Both the position numbers and the translations under genes were made by a program. DNA of 64,000 nt, taken from NCBI GenBank assembly GCA_036172245.1, contig JAYWIR010000019.1, positions 2,852,001 through 2,916,000 on the forward strand, written 5' to 3'. Positions 39,101 to 51,700 of this stretch are shown here, piece by piece. Numbering within the stretch: the first letter of the stretch is position 1; the number at the start of each line of letters is the position of its first letter. Under the pieces are notes generated by a model. It was not told where the DNA came from, made no database searches, and worked only from the letters and a program-made list of their open reading frames with translations. Source of the stretch: Raillietiella orientalis (Eukaryota).

Positions 39101-42100
39101 CCACGCTCGCGGGAGCTCCGGATTGCCACCCCCATGCGCCGAACCCTCGGTGGCCTCTGGAGGCTCTGGCACACGGATGGCAGCCGCAGGCCCCTCCGGC
39201 CGCGAGCCTCTCCAGGGGAGACACCCCTCAGAGGACTCTCAGGAGAGTCGGGAGCCCGCCTGCAGCTCTCCCCGGGGTGCGAGTGGCTTGCAAAACCCCG
39301 GAGGCGGACGGCGGGGGAGCGAACGCGCCCTCTTCCCTCGGCGGGCTCATCCAGGAGCGGACGGCGTTCCCGGAAGTTCCCTACTGGTGTCCCTCGGGGG
39401 AAATGAGAAGGAGACGGCCCTTCCCCACTTCCCTCCCCGCGGCCGGCGGCCCCGGAGCCTTCTCCCTGCCCCAAGAGGGCTCCCTGTCGATTCGAGCACC
39501 CGCCGGGGGCCATTCGGAGGAGGGCGCAGCGGGCCGGCAGCGGGAAAAGGGAGCGACCAGGAGAAGAGGGACGGGCGCATCTTTCTCCCCCCCTTCCCGC
39601 CCCATCCCTCTTTCCCTTCTGGAGAGCGCGGACAAGAAAGGGGGAGCCTCTCTCCCCCGCTTCCGAGGGGGGGAGAGGGCGAGCTCCCGGAGCTCCAACT
39701 GATCGGGATAACCGGATCAGGGACTCCACCGATCGGAACTTCGATCCGTTTAAGGGTTTTCTTCCCTTCCCTCCCCCCCCCTTTTTTTTCCATGGGGAGA
39801 AGGCGCGGACAAAGGAAAGGATAGAGAGGACTTGTTTCCGTAGGCAGGCGTACGAGACGGGGAGGTCCTCTGACCCGTTCCAACCCTCCTTTCTCCCTGT
39901 TTCCCCGTCCCGGCCTCCCGGAGACGAAAGGAGGGGGAGAAAAAGGCGCCGGCAGAGCTGGGCCAAGTGGGCGGCGGCGATCCCCCAGCAGACCTCCCCC
40001 GGCACCTCCGCGTTGGTCGCCGCTCCCGGAAAACATCGCCTGCGGGTGCCGAACGACGCCATATCAATTATTCCCGGCAGTTCCCGCAAACTCCGATAAG
40101 CCGGGGCTCGTCGGAAAAAGGAGAGGAGGGAGGGGGGAGAAAGAGGGAAGGAGGAGCGCGAAACCGCGTCCCGGAGGAACGATTCGGAAGGAGGGCACAT
40201 CCTCCCTCGTCCCTGTAAATTTTTTATGCAAACTCCCAGTTCCCACTCCCCCTCTTCCTTCCTCCCTCCCTTCCCCTTTCCCCCCTTTTTTGCACCGCCT
40301 CAATCTCTTCACCGCTAACGACGATGACGACTCCCGCCGCGCTCGGCGGTCCTGGAATGGGAGGGACGGAGGAATCGAACCGGGGTGGCGTCGGCAGAGA
40401 CCCCTGGCGCGTCCCGCTTAGGTAGGGAAGGCGGTGGCGGAGGAGAGTCAGGGAAATGATTGGGACTTGGAGACGCTTCCGCAGAGCAGATGGTGCGGCA
40501 ACCTACTCCCTCCCTCTCTTCCTCCTCCTCTTCCTCTTCCTCTTCGTTTCCATCTCCTTTTCCTCCCCTTCCTTTCCTTCGTCTTTTTTCCTTCCCTTTC
40601 AACTTCCTTCTCCTCCTCTTCTATCTCTTCTTCCTCTTCCTGTCTTCTGTCCTCTTCTCTTCCTCCCTCCTCTTTGTCCTTTTCTCCTTTCCCTTCCCCT
40701 CTTCGATTCTTCTTGAACTCCTCCTTCCCTGATCTCCTAGTGGTCTGCAGCAGCAGCAGAAAAGATGAAAAGAACATGGAAGATCGGGAGGAAGGGGGAG
40801 GGGGTCTCGGAGGTTGACTCGGAGAGGTCTGGTTCGTCCTGGCTCCAGGAGCCTTCTTCCACGAGGAGCGCTGCGGAGAAGGAAAGGGGGAGATTGAGGA
40901 GTAAGTCGTCAGTGCCCTGCTTCCCTCCGACGTGCATCCCTCCCTCTCCTGCCCCCGTTCTTCTGGGTCTCGGCGATGGCTATCCAGAAAGCAGGGACAC
41001 TGCGCGCGTGGTCCAGGGGCGCTGCGGCGCTTCTCCGATACCTACCCGATCGAAGGATCGGAAACACTCCGCTGGGACAACGGCGCTCCGGGATTGCCTC
41101 CGGGAGAGTAAGAGGGGTATTGCGAGTCTGAGCTTTAGGAGGCCGTCTGCAGAGAGCGCGCCGCCGAGTGGCGCGTGACCTCAGGACGCGTGCTAGTCTC
41201 GCAACCGTGCGAATCCGCTGGCAAGCCGCTCGCTCGCACCGCTAGAGGGAAGCGACGTCCTGGATTATCCTCTCCCGCCGCGCCTGCCTCGCCCTTCTAG
41301 CGAGTGGGACCCCCGCGCGGGATGAGCGGCCGCGGGCAGAAGCTCGCAAATGGAGCGCCGTGCCAAAGCGGCGAAGACGCGTACTGCTCCGCAGCGGCCC
41401 TGGGGAAAGATTCAGGGAGCAAAAGCCCAGATGCAGCTCGCCAGGTGGGCAGGGCGGGATTGGATGCTAGAAGCCGCTGCTCTTGGCAGCCTGGGTGGAG
41501 GCGTCGCCGCAAACTGCTGAGTTCTCAGCAGCCGAACATCTTGGCTCTCGGGCCAACCCGCTCTCAAAGTCACCGCACGAACCTTCTTCTGAGGCTCAGT
41601 AAGAACAGAGGTGCACGAGGGACGCGATAGGGTGATCATGGTAGGTCGTGCGGACAGCACCCTGTTGGAACGAGAGTGGCAGCTGCCGTCGAGGAACGAG
41701 AGATCCGGCAGCGGGCTGAAAGTGCCCCTTGATGTACCCCGAGCTCCTTTCGCCGTTGTGCATGCTCTTGTTGTGGCAGCGCGAGAGCTCTTTTAACTGC
41801 GGTGTAAATGGCAGGGAGACGGCGGTTTTCGCGGTCCAAAAAAAAAAAAAAAAAGGAAATGCATGATCGGAAACTCCCCGGATCAATCTGCTCCCGTCAG
41901 CCAAAAGCCCTGAGGAATTTGTAAAAGCACGCGTGACTCCAGCAGAAAAGAAGACACCCTTCCGATCGAGGTCTGCATATTCCTCCTTTTACGCTATGCA
42001 CTCTGGTAAGGCTTTCGAAATTATGAGAGGAATTTGCTCGCTGCGTGGGAGACGGGGGCAGTTGAGGGCAGTTTGTCAGGTATTCGAAAGTGAAAGCGCA

Positions 42101-42437
42101 TGCACGATTTCTTGCTACCGAGCTAAGAAGAATTTGCTAATTGATCCATCACGCCCTCGAGTTTGTTTACTTGTTTATGTTCCTCTTTAGAAGATAAACA
42201 TCGCCTCGGCTTATTGGAAAATAGATCGATCCGATGTGCTCCATGAATTCTGGAACTGACTTTGTGTTTTAACAGAAAATCGATAGAGAACTTGGCTTAT
42301 TGCTTCCCGCGAGAGCTCTGTCAGCTCATTAACGTTATGTTCATGCTGCGGTAGCACAGGTTGCTTTCTCAATAAACTGAAAGAAATAAAATTGATTTTA
42401 CTGAATCCATGGAGATTGTATAACCAAGCTGGATTTC

Positions 42438-42550
42438 TGGACTCCTAGCCATTGTTGAGACTGTGTTGGAGTCCTAGCCATTGTTGAGATTGTGCTGGAG
42501 TCCTAGCCATTGTTGAGACTGTGCTCGACTCCCGACCACTGCTGGAACTG
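42438..42550 (+). repeat. 29-bp minisatellite, 3 near-identical units plus 1 degenerate unit
   Basis: Unit TGGAGTCCTAGCCATTGTTGAGACTGTGC starts at 42438, 42467 and 42496, with a degenerate copy at 42525. No spacers. Confidence 0.95.
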
Positions 42551-42664
42551 AAAATTTTCTGTTTCCGAGAACCTCGGCATCTCTAGCAAGCGTTCTCAAG
42601 GCGAAAAAATGCGTCTTTGTGCTGTTAGAGGTTTAGACAGTGTGCCCTAAGATTTCACAAAGAT

Positions 42665-43030
42665 GATGGAATACAACGTGGGTGCCTTGGATGACTATTT
42701 CGAGAGACGCCATTAGAGACTTTGACAGAAAGAACTCTTTGAGAACTTGTAGTCAAGGCGAGATGGATCCGGAACGTCTTTTCTTCAAAGAGAATGTGGT
42801 GGTACTTAACCTCGATCAAACCATGATGGAGCGACGACCTTTTTAGGAGCTCTGTGAGTGAGCTTTCTTGCAATACATTTGGGGAAGTGAAGACAAGGGG
42901 TAGAGCTTGAGAATTATCTATCCCAAAGTGATTGGTTTTAAATGTGAGACTGTTCCCGTTCTCGGATTCAAAAATCTTGAAAAACAAGGCTTCCTATTTG
43001 ATCAAAGGAATGAAAGTGGTGAATCCAAAG
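42665..43030 (+). mobile_element. Decayed CR1-type LINE 3' ORF2 end
   Basis: MEYNVGA-W, VLNLDQTMMERR, then KTRGRA*ELSIPK*LVLNVRLFPFS, resembling the CR1 TRGH.LKL.KP...LNVRK.FFS motif. Confidence 0.55.
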
Positions 43031-44099
43031 CTGCATACTGGAAGATTACTTGAATGCGTCCAAAAATTCACCCAGATCCTCCTCAGAGTTTACCTCAGCA
43101 TGCACACTTCGATTCATGGAAGCGTTAGACCCTATTTACACACGGTTTCTTTTCCCATCGTGCTCCCGATGGCTGGGAGTGTTTTTGATTAGTTTGCAGC
43201 AGAAAAAGAGGGGAAAAAAGAGATGAATCTGTTAATAAGCTCTTCTCGAACTGCCCCGATTTGGAAGAAGTTGTTTCACCACGGAATTTTGTAGAATACT
43301 GGCTGGCAAGTTTCAGTTTGGCTATCTTGTTAATTAACAAGGTGAGGTTCTCGATACCAGTAGGAAAGCACTTTTATGCATGCGTTGGAGCACAATCCTG
43401 TGGCACTCGGTTACTCCGAGGAGGCTGTTGCGTTGAATCATAGTCTTGGAGAAAAATGAAAATAATGTAGAGCAGAACTAGAAATTTTTGAGCAGAATGC
43501 TTCCGAAGCAGGAAGTTCCCTGACTGGAACGCCCAAACCCCAGACACACACACAGCAGGGTGCGAACGACGGCGTCTTGTAAACAAACCATCCAAACGAG
43601 CGACTTTGACTCATCCCTCTGTCCACTATCTTTAAAAACGTGAAAATGAAAAAAATGAGATTCACGGGTAAATTCCTACAAATAGGAAGGAAATCAATAC
43701 AGAAGTAGAAGGCCTTTCGGAGTGGAAAACGGAGCAGCGGCGCCTTGAGATCGATCTGTGGCATGAGGAGGGAAGGAGGAAAAACTTTAAAACACCAACT
43801 GCCCAAGTTGCATCACCAGGAAAAAGTTTCTTCCAGCGACTGTCCCCCATGCAGGATGCTGCATTTGCTTCTGAAGTCAGCCTGCTCTCAGGACATTTTC
43901 CAGAAAGTCCGTAATTTTTTCCTCCTTTTTGATTGTCCGTCCTCTGGGTCCCTGCAAGAATTTTCTACGGAAAGAGAGGAAGGAAAAAGAGTGGCGTTTG
44001 AACGCACTGGGTAGAAGAACGAGCGAAACTCATTTGCGAAGAAGACAAAGTTCACGATCTAACAGCACGTGGAACTTCGGATTTGGTCTTTCAATCATG

Positions 44100-44760
44100 T
44101 ATTAGGGAAAGGAATCTAATCCTTGGGGAGAATCCCCGTTCGAGATCGACAATCCCTGAAACATTGCAGACTGTCGCAAAAAAGAGCACAGTCTGCAAAA
44201 AGGGCAGCCGTCTTTGAAACGAGAACATGGAAGAAGGGAACTCGGACCGACGTCGTCAGGGAACAGATTTTCTAACGGACTCAGCAAGAAGGTTGTCCCA
44301 GCAACCTCATGGTGCCTGGAATTGACACTCCCTCGCCTTCCTGCTCCCGCTTCTCGAGAATGTTGAGAACTTCTCCAGAGGTAGATCTCCAATTACAGGG
44401 ATGAGAAAAATGCTTTGAAGCACAGGGACCGGATGTAGTGGCAACAGGAGGCAGAGCACAGCCGAGAGAGCCAGCACCGGGATTGCTATCTCCGACGATT
44501 TCCAGTATCCCGACTACAAACAAGTGGTGGACGTGTGCCTGTTTCGAAGATGAAACAGCAAATGTCGCTCAGGAAAGCATTCGAGGGAGGCTGGAAAGTA
44601 TCCGTAGCTCGATATTCGAAAGCAAAGCCCAGAAGTCCTTCGGCTTGACAGGCCCGCTGTCAAGACGGAGGATGCCAAGACGGTGACACCATGCAAAGCT
44701 CTGCATATCGAAAGCGTTGGCTCCGAACCAGGACCCAGATCTACCAGAAGCTCCGGGTTG
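44100..44760 (-). mobile_element. Decayed LINE RT relic
   Basis: KPKDFWALLSNI, HLLFHLRNRHTSTTCL, GTTFLLSPLENL and VSKTAALFADCALF (LFADD position). Confidence 0.45.
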
Positions 44761-45189
44761 CCACGAATTCCATCCCCAAATCCGCTCGAATAAAGGAAAC
44801 TGCTGCCTACCGATCAAGAATCGTCACTCAATTATTCATGGCAAACCCAAACGCCTCCTATGAGGGAAACAAAATGGGGTGTTTCTCCCCCCTCCCCCCC
44901 CCAAATGCAACAGTTGCAGGAACGCATGCATTTCGAGGCGGTGCAGAATGGAGAGCTGGGGAAATGCCTTCTCGCCACGCTCTGGGGCATCGTCCACGCG
45001 CACAGCAGAATCTCCTCTTGCGTGGTTCGGAACTTCCGAGGAAACGTGGCGGAAGGTTCGGTGCTCACTGATCCGAGGACGTGGTAGTGGTAGTGGGGGA
45101 TCGGGTCTCAACAGAAACCTGCCTTGACAACCAGGCGCGTACCGCCTTGCCAAGCGAACGAGAGAACTACCCATCACCAGCACCACCTC

Positions 45190-45930
45190 TGGACCTTTTG
45201 GATCCTCTGCAAGAAACTCCCGGATGGACGAACTGCTGAGCAGAATCAGCCAGCCAATGAGGATCGAGCAGCTGACAGGAAGCAAGGAACAGAATTCTCG
45301 CGAACAGCTTCACATCATCTGCTACTGACGCACGCGACCCAGATCCCTTTTCTGCAAACCGAACAGCTTCCTCAAGGAGCACCTCATCTTAGGGAATTGG
45401 TCTCGACAGTTGCTTCCTTACTCACGATCAGCATCCTGCTCGCCGGGGATTGGTTCGCTCTTTTTCCTCTTCGCACTCTCGCCAGCCTCAGGATCGAATC
45501 TGTTCCCTCGCTCCTCATTCCCCTTCTTCCCGTTTCGGCGAGGACGCCATCTCGTTTCCCCATGGAGACGCACCGTGCTCTGAAGCTGCGCCCGCGTACG
45601 CGATCTCCGGCGAAGCCTTTCATGGTTCTGCATTTCGGCACCAGTGCTGCTCCCTGACGTGACCCGAATCGCCCGTCCTCCCTCCTGATCGCTCACATCT
45701 CCTTCCGATGCGCTTGCGATTGACTCACCTCGAGGGTCGCCTTGCATGTCAAGCGCCATCGATCGAGACCACGTGACGACAGCCACCATTGCCGAGACTT
45801 GTTTCGCGTGCGCCCCGACCTTCGAGATGGGGGGATTTGTGTGTTTGTTAGCCGTCTCCACTGGACCATTGTTCAGAATGTGGCTCAGCACTCTTCCAAG
45901 AACAGCTCCCCAGATGCGAGTTCCCGGACG
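45190..45930 (+). mobile_element. Decayed LINE linker/RT relic
   Basis: TFWILCKKL, HLRELVSTVASLLTI..GDW, MSSAIDRDHVTTATI and GPLFRMWLSTL..QMRV. Confidence 0.45.
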
Positions 45931-48900
45931 ACCAGCCTCTGGTTGACAGGAGAGCCTCGTTTTCTTTTCTTCTTCTTCCCCCCTCCTCTTCTCCTCCTTC
46001 TCCTCCCAAAGGCGTCGCATACCAGCCGGACGTGCCGATGTCGTCTTCAGCGTCCCAAGCCTTTCGTCCCCCTCCCCTATGCGAGGTGTTCGCTCGGTGT
46101 TCGCGGGGCGACCGCGGATTGTCCGGCCTGGTTCCTTGGCAACAGCGCGGCGGCTGCCGCCTGCACCGTTAGCGGCAGCACCGAAATTGAGTCGTCAGTC
46201 ACTCTTCATCGCCACGCCGGCAGTGACAGCTCTCCCGTTTTCCATTCGCGCCTCCTCCTCGAGGATCGATTTTTGTTTTTTTTTGTCTTCCTTTTCCTTT
46301 TTCCTCTCCACAAAAATCTCGGGGCTGCCATGCACCGGCGGCCCAGCGACGGGAGAATTCTGTGACAGTTGCGTCAAGGTGCAGTCTTCTGGGAATACGC
46401 TGCATGTGCTTCTTCCTCGAACCCGTGGAAGCAGCACGAATCACCCTGGACCGGGATGAGCTTTCGAATTGCAAGTGCAAATGAGGAAGACGTCAGGGAT
46501 TCTCCGAGAATGGGGCGCGTCAGAATGACGTTGGGTTCGTATGGAAGCGCAGGACGTGTGGAAGGGAGTCGTGGAATTGCCCCGCGCGAGCAGGGGATGG
46601 ACCCCTCCTCCAGTCCGCGTTCGCACGCATTAGGTGGAGCAGAGTGCGCGCTACGCCCACGGGAACGGCGCGTGAGGGAGCAGAATGGGCACCCTCTGGC
46701 CCTGAGCGTGGGCAAGAGCCGCGAAGCCTCACCCTTCTTTCGCCCTGCCGAGGGTGGGACTGGGTCGGCAGGTGCTCCTTGGCGCCTTCGTCCTGAACGG
46801 AGTGTCATGGAAACGAATTTGTTTTGGATCACTCCAACCTCCCAGCAGGCAAGGGACGCCGCAAGACGCGGCGCGCGCTGCTCCTCCGAGCACCCTCCTA
46901 ATGGCTTGCGCAGGTGGGCGTGCGTGCGCAGGAGACGTTCCGTGATCCCACGTCCGTCCCAGCGTCTCGTTCCTTTCTGCAGGATGAGGAGGGGGATCGA
47001 CGGGAGCGATCCTACGGGGGCTCTTCTCTAACGGCCGCTCTCAAGGACGTCCCGAGCAAACGGCAGCCCCGGGGTGCGCGACCCTTGCTGCGCCTTTCCC
47101 CTCCCTTCCTCCGCACCCGGAGAAGAGACGTGAGACCTGGAATGCGTGGCGCGCGCGTCCACGCCCCGCGCGGCCGGAGCACGGGCGCTTCGCAGCAGCA
47201 CCAGGCGGCATGGCCCGAAGTCTGAGAGGAGAGACGGAGGCTGCGGGGATGCGCACTTTTCCCCATGCCTGACCTTCTTGTTGGCTCTCGCTCCTCCGCA
47301 GCCCACTAGGAGAGCTTGCCACAGCCAGCCGATGACCTCCCGTTTTCCCGAAGGTGGCTGAGAGGAATGCGACTCTACGGGGAAGTGGCTGGACCTTGAG
47401 CTTAGGAACCTTCGGGTGGAGTGTAGGAGGAAAAATAGAGGAGAAGGAATGGAGGAGGAGGAGTGGAGGAATGGAGAAAAAGAATAGAGCAGAGAAATAA
47501 AGAAGACTTGAGAAATGGGGAGGAGGAATAGAAGTGGAGGAGGAAGAGTGGAGGAGCCTGGGAATTGGACCGACCTACCTGTAGCGAACCCTAGCGACCC
47601 TCTTCGATTGAATCTCCAGAATCTCTTCGGGTTCAAAGCCATGGGGTCCGTGCTCGTCTTCTGTCTTCTCCGACCTCCTTCCCTCATCTCCCCCTCGAAA
47701 AAAGAACTTGCGCGTCGTGGGCACAATCTTGTGGAGCAGCGGAGCCGGGAGCCACCCCTCGAAGGGGAACTTCCTGACCCACTTGGCAGGGTGTTCTTCG
47801 TGGCAGCTCACCTCACGCGTCGAAGGTTGCCGTTGCCGCGAGCTTTCCATCAAGAGTTTGTTCACACGGCGCATCTCATTTGCATCCCGATCTTGCAGGA
47901 CCATTAATAATGCATTTGGTGCTCTGAGAGGAAGATACGAACCCGGTTCGGTCGCGCCTCGCGGTAGAATCTGGAGAGGGGGGGGTAGAATCTGGAGGGG
48001 AGGACGGGGGGAAACCGATGCGTTCATTCCCCAAGAGCACCATCATGCAAGGCTAACCCTCATAAGTGGAGCTTAGCGAGGGACGAAGCCGGGTTCGATT
48101 TTAGGGTCGTGGTACGCGGAGACATTTCCTTTCGAAATTTGAAAAGTTGTTATCTGATGGCGCTCGCGCGCCATCAGTCATGCTCTTCTTCCTTTGCCGC
48201 AGGAGAACAATCGTAATCTTTAACCCAATTACGGAACGCACACAACCCTTTCTTCCGCGGGCGTACACTCCGTGGCGTACACTTCCTCTCATCGGCGTGC
48301 TTTTACTCAGCCGCACGGGCGGCGAACGGAAGCACTCGGCGGTTGCGCAACTTGGCGCGCGGGCCGCAGACGTCGTCGCCGTGCGCTCCGCGTATCGCGC
48401 GTCGAAGGAACCAGAAGACGGAGGCCAAGGGAGAGAGAGAGAAAAAAGAGGGGGACGGGGGGTAAGAAAGAGATGCAAAGAGAGGAGAACGAACCGGAAG
48501 AGAAAAATAAATGCATAAATCGTCCCCGACTTCTTCGGCAGCCGGAAAGCAGGACCACGAAGGTTAACGTGGGGGAGGAAGAGGGGCAGACACCTCGTTC
48601 GATTTGCCCGCTGCCTGCCACGTGTGCGCGCGAGATCTGCCCCGGGGCTTTCGTGTTCTCCGCTTTGGTTTTCGTATCGTCGATCGCAAGAGCCCCCGGG
48701 AGCACGACAGGGAAACGGACGGACGAACGGACGGACACACACAAACCCGTGCGACCCACGCCCCTATCACGGAGGGAATGCGGGATTTCGCGCGTTGTAT
48801 TCGAGGGCTTCCAAGCAGAAAGACTTTTACTTTCTCTGCGAGGCGCCGACTGTTTGCCGAAGAGCTGTGAAGACTCCGCACGAAGCTCGTAAGCAAACAG

Positions 48901-51349
48901 ATGCCACCGGCTCATCGGTGGCTCCAGAAATCTGGTCCAATAATCTGGCATCATTCCTTCCGAGGGGAGTGAGACCCAAGTGATTGCCCGGGAAGAGCGG
49001 GGTGGCGATCGCTCTGCGGACGGGCATCGCGTCCCCCTACGCGGCTCTCCCAACGAAATTCCCGGAACGGGAGAGGATTCCCCGACCCGTTCCGGGGGAA
49101 GGGGCGAAGGTTCTCGAAAATTCGCTTCCGGAGATCGAAACCGGCCGCTTCCCACCGACACTCGGGCTTCTCCTTCCCCCGACGGGAAACCATCGTCTCC
49201 TCTGAGAATGGAAAGAACGAGAGGTTCCTCGAAGCCGGGCACGAGGCCAAGGGGGAATTCCTCTCTGGAAGAGGGAGGACCCGGCAAGGTCGGGGAAGAA
49301 TTACGGAAACCTCCGCGCTCCGGCATATCCCAGACGACGACGGCGGAGGCGACGATGGGCGCGTTCCATAGGTCTCTCGGAGGTTCCTCTTCTGGGTCTC
49401 TCCCACGCGGCTAGCTGCAACTCCCCTCGCGCTTCGAGAAGGCAAGGTCATCTGGCAAGAGTCGCGGCCTCGAGTTGCCCCCACCCAGAGCACAGCACGC
49501 TCGACCGGCGAACGCCCTCGGACGGGCACAGCGTTTTCTCTCTCCAGCCTCCGCGCGCCCCGAAGAACGCGGGAGCGTCGCCGAGTGGTCAGGCATCTCG
49601 GCCGTCCCATCCTCACTGCCCCAACGACGGAGATCGAGTTCTCCGGTGATGGAGAGCCTGCAGCTGCTGCACGAAACGAATCCAGAAGTTGCGGGGAACC
49701 GGCGAAATTACGGCTCCTCTTCTTCCGATCTCTCGCTCTCTGGCTCTGCTCCTCCCTCGCAGAGGTCTTGAATCAGACATCCATGCAAGAAGAAAAAGTG
49801 ACTCGCATGAGCAGAAAGGAAGCAGAGGAGAAAGGGAGGAAGGAAAACTCTTCCTTGTTTTTTGTTTTTGGGGGTTTGTCTGTTCTCTTCCTTCGGGAAG
49901 CCACCCGAAAAAAAACGAAGAGCCACCGGTCCCCCTGGCTGCTGCACGCGCCTTTTCGCCGCAAACAGTGGTCGCCTTCGGCGCTGGTGAAGACGCAAAG
50001 CCCGTGCGCGCGCGCGTCCCTTCTCGGGGAGCGGGTGGGGGGGAGAAGACGAAGAATACTTTCCCACGAAGAGGGAGGCGCCAGGAACACCATTCGTTCG
50101 ACCGCCGCCGCCGGCGCCAAAGTCGCGCGCATCCGCCTCGCGGGGTTCATTGGGTATTCCGCCGAGGACGCGATGCCCGCGTTCCTCTCTAATAAACTGC
50201 GATCAGCGAGTAGCGGGACCCAGCTCGTGCCATCCCTCCGCTTGAGGCCGTGCCTCCGTCCGAGTCCAGAAATCTCCCTCTGCGCACAGCGATTGTTTGC
50301 GCAGGCAGCGAATGCACGGATTAAAAGGGCTTCCCGGTTCGCACGGAAGCGTTTCCGATATTCCCATCTCTGTTCCTCCGGAACTGGAAGATTTATCTGT
50401 CACCATCAAGCCGTCCTGCGGCAGCCATCCCCATGGGAACCCCCCTGCATGACGATGGGAGGGGAACCCGGCGTCTTCTTCATCCGCGTCCGTTCCTCCT
50501 CTTGCTGGTCCTCGCCTCCTCCCGTACCGGAACGAAGAACCGCTGCCTCGGGGTCAGTGGTCCCTACCCGTGTCAGCGAGACAGCCCTCTCTCGGGACGT
50601 CGTCCGGCTCGAACCTCTGGGGCGCGTGGCGAGGCGCACGTGCCCACCCTCGCCTCTCAGGAGGGGGGGCTGCGCTCGCTCCCTTCATCCCATCCGCCCC
50701 TTCGGCGCCTGTCGCGCGGCAGGAACTCCTTCCCGCGCGGTCCTCCGAGACCGACCGGGACAGGGGAGCGAGTAAGTGGCCGGCTGCCCTTGCTTCGTGC
50801 GAGATGATGCACAGGTGTCCAGCGCGACGTCATTTCCCAGTCAGGAGAGGGTTCGATACCGGTAATGTGTCTCTGGCGCGGGTCCCTGGACGCCCGACGA
50901 TGATGTCTGTGACAAGGAAGTACCGCGTCTCTGATGTGTGGCGTCCGGATACTCCCAGATGGCGGAGGGTTCGGTCGTTCGGTCTTCAGGGAGCGCCCCA
51001 CGCTCTCAGCGCTCCGAGGGGCTGCGGCGTCGAGATGTGCTGGATGCCCTTCACCGCCAAAGAACGAGGCCCTCGCGTCCTCGCGTTTCTTTCGCGTTCC
51101 CTAGATTTATGAGGGTCGTTCACCTCTCCCCCCTCTCTCAATTTTTTTTTTTTTTCTGTGTGAGCGTGAGCCTTCCTTCTTTTTTTCTCTTCCTCCTCGT
51201 CTTCCTCCCTTGCTCCCTTTCCTTCCTCCTCTTCCTCCCTTCCTCCTCCTCCTTCCTCTATGTACTTTCTGGCAATGAGAGATTGCTGTCCTGGTGATCG
51301 GTGTTGCATGCTGCGAGTTTCTAGTTCGTTCATCGTTCTTAGAGGGCCC

Positions 51350-51700
51350 TGGTTCCTTCTGTCGGATCCACCGACCTCGTGGCAAGCAGCCACAGGGACC
51401 GACGCTGTTGGTAGTGTTGCTGTTGCTGCTTTCCTTTGCCGAGCCGTTCTTCAAATCCTCGAGAGGAACTCGTGATTGCGCGAGGTGCTCGCCGATCAGT
51501 CGCAGACCCGTGGTCCCTTTACTGCTGAAGCTGGGAGGGCAGGAGGCTTGCAACCGATGGGGCCTTCGGCAGCGCGGCGGACGGACCTCACTCAGACCCC
51601 GCGTCACCCGCGCGAAACGACCTGCAGCTGGATGAGAGCAGCACAGCGAGGTCCAGCAGCTGTTCTTGCAGCGGCAGGAGACACTGCCCGTAGGCATCAG
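51350..51700 (+). mobile_element. Decayed, GC-rich LINE RT relic
   Basis: PPTSWQAAT, FLCRAVLQILERN, NRWGLRQRGGRT and TCSWMRAAQRGPAAV. Confidence 0.4.

Noticed and set aside
42438..42550. 29-bp repeats of CRISPR-like length
   Set aside because: Units are contiguous with no spacers, there are no cas genes, and the context is eukaryotic.
47963..48001. 21-bp direct duplication GGTAGAATCTGGAG
   Set aside because: Ordinary slippage duplication with no further structure.
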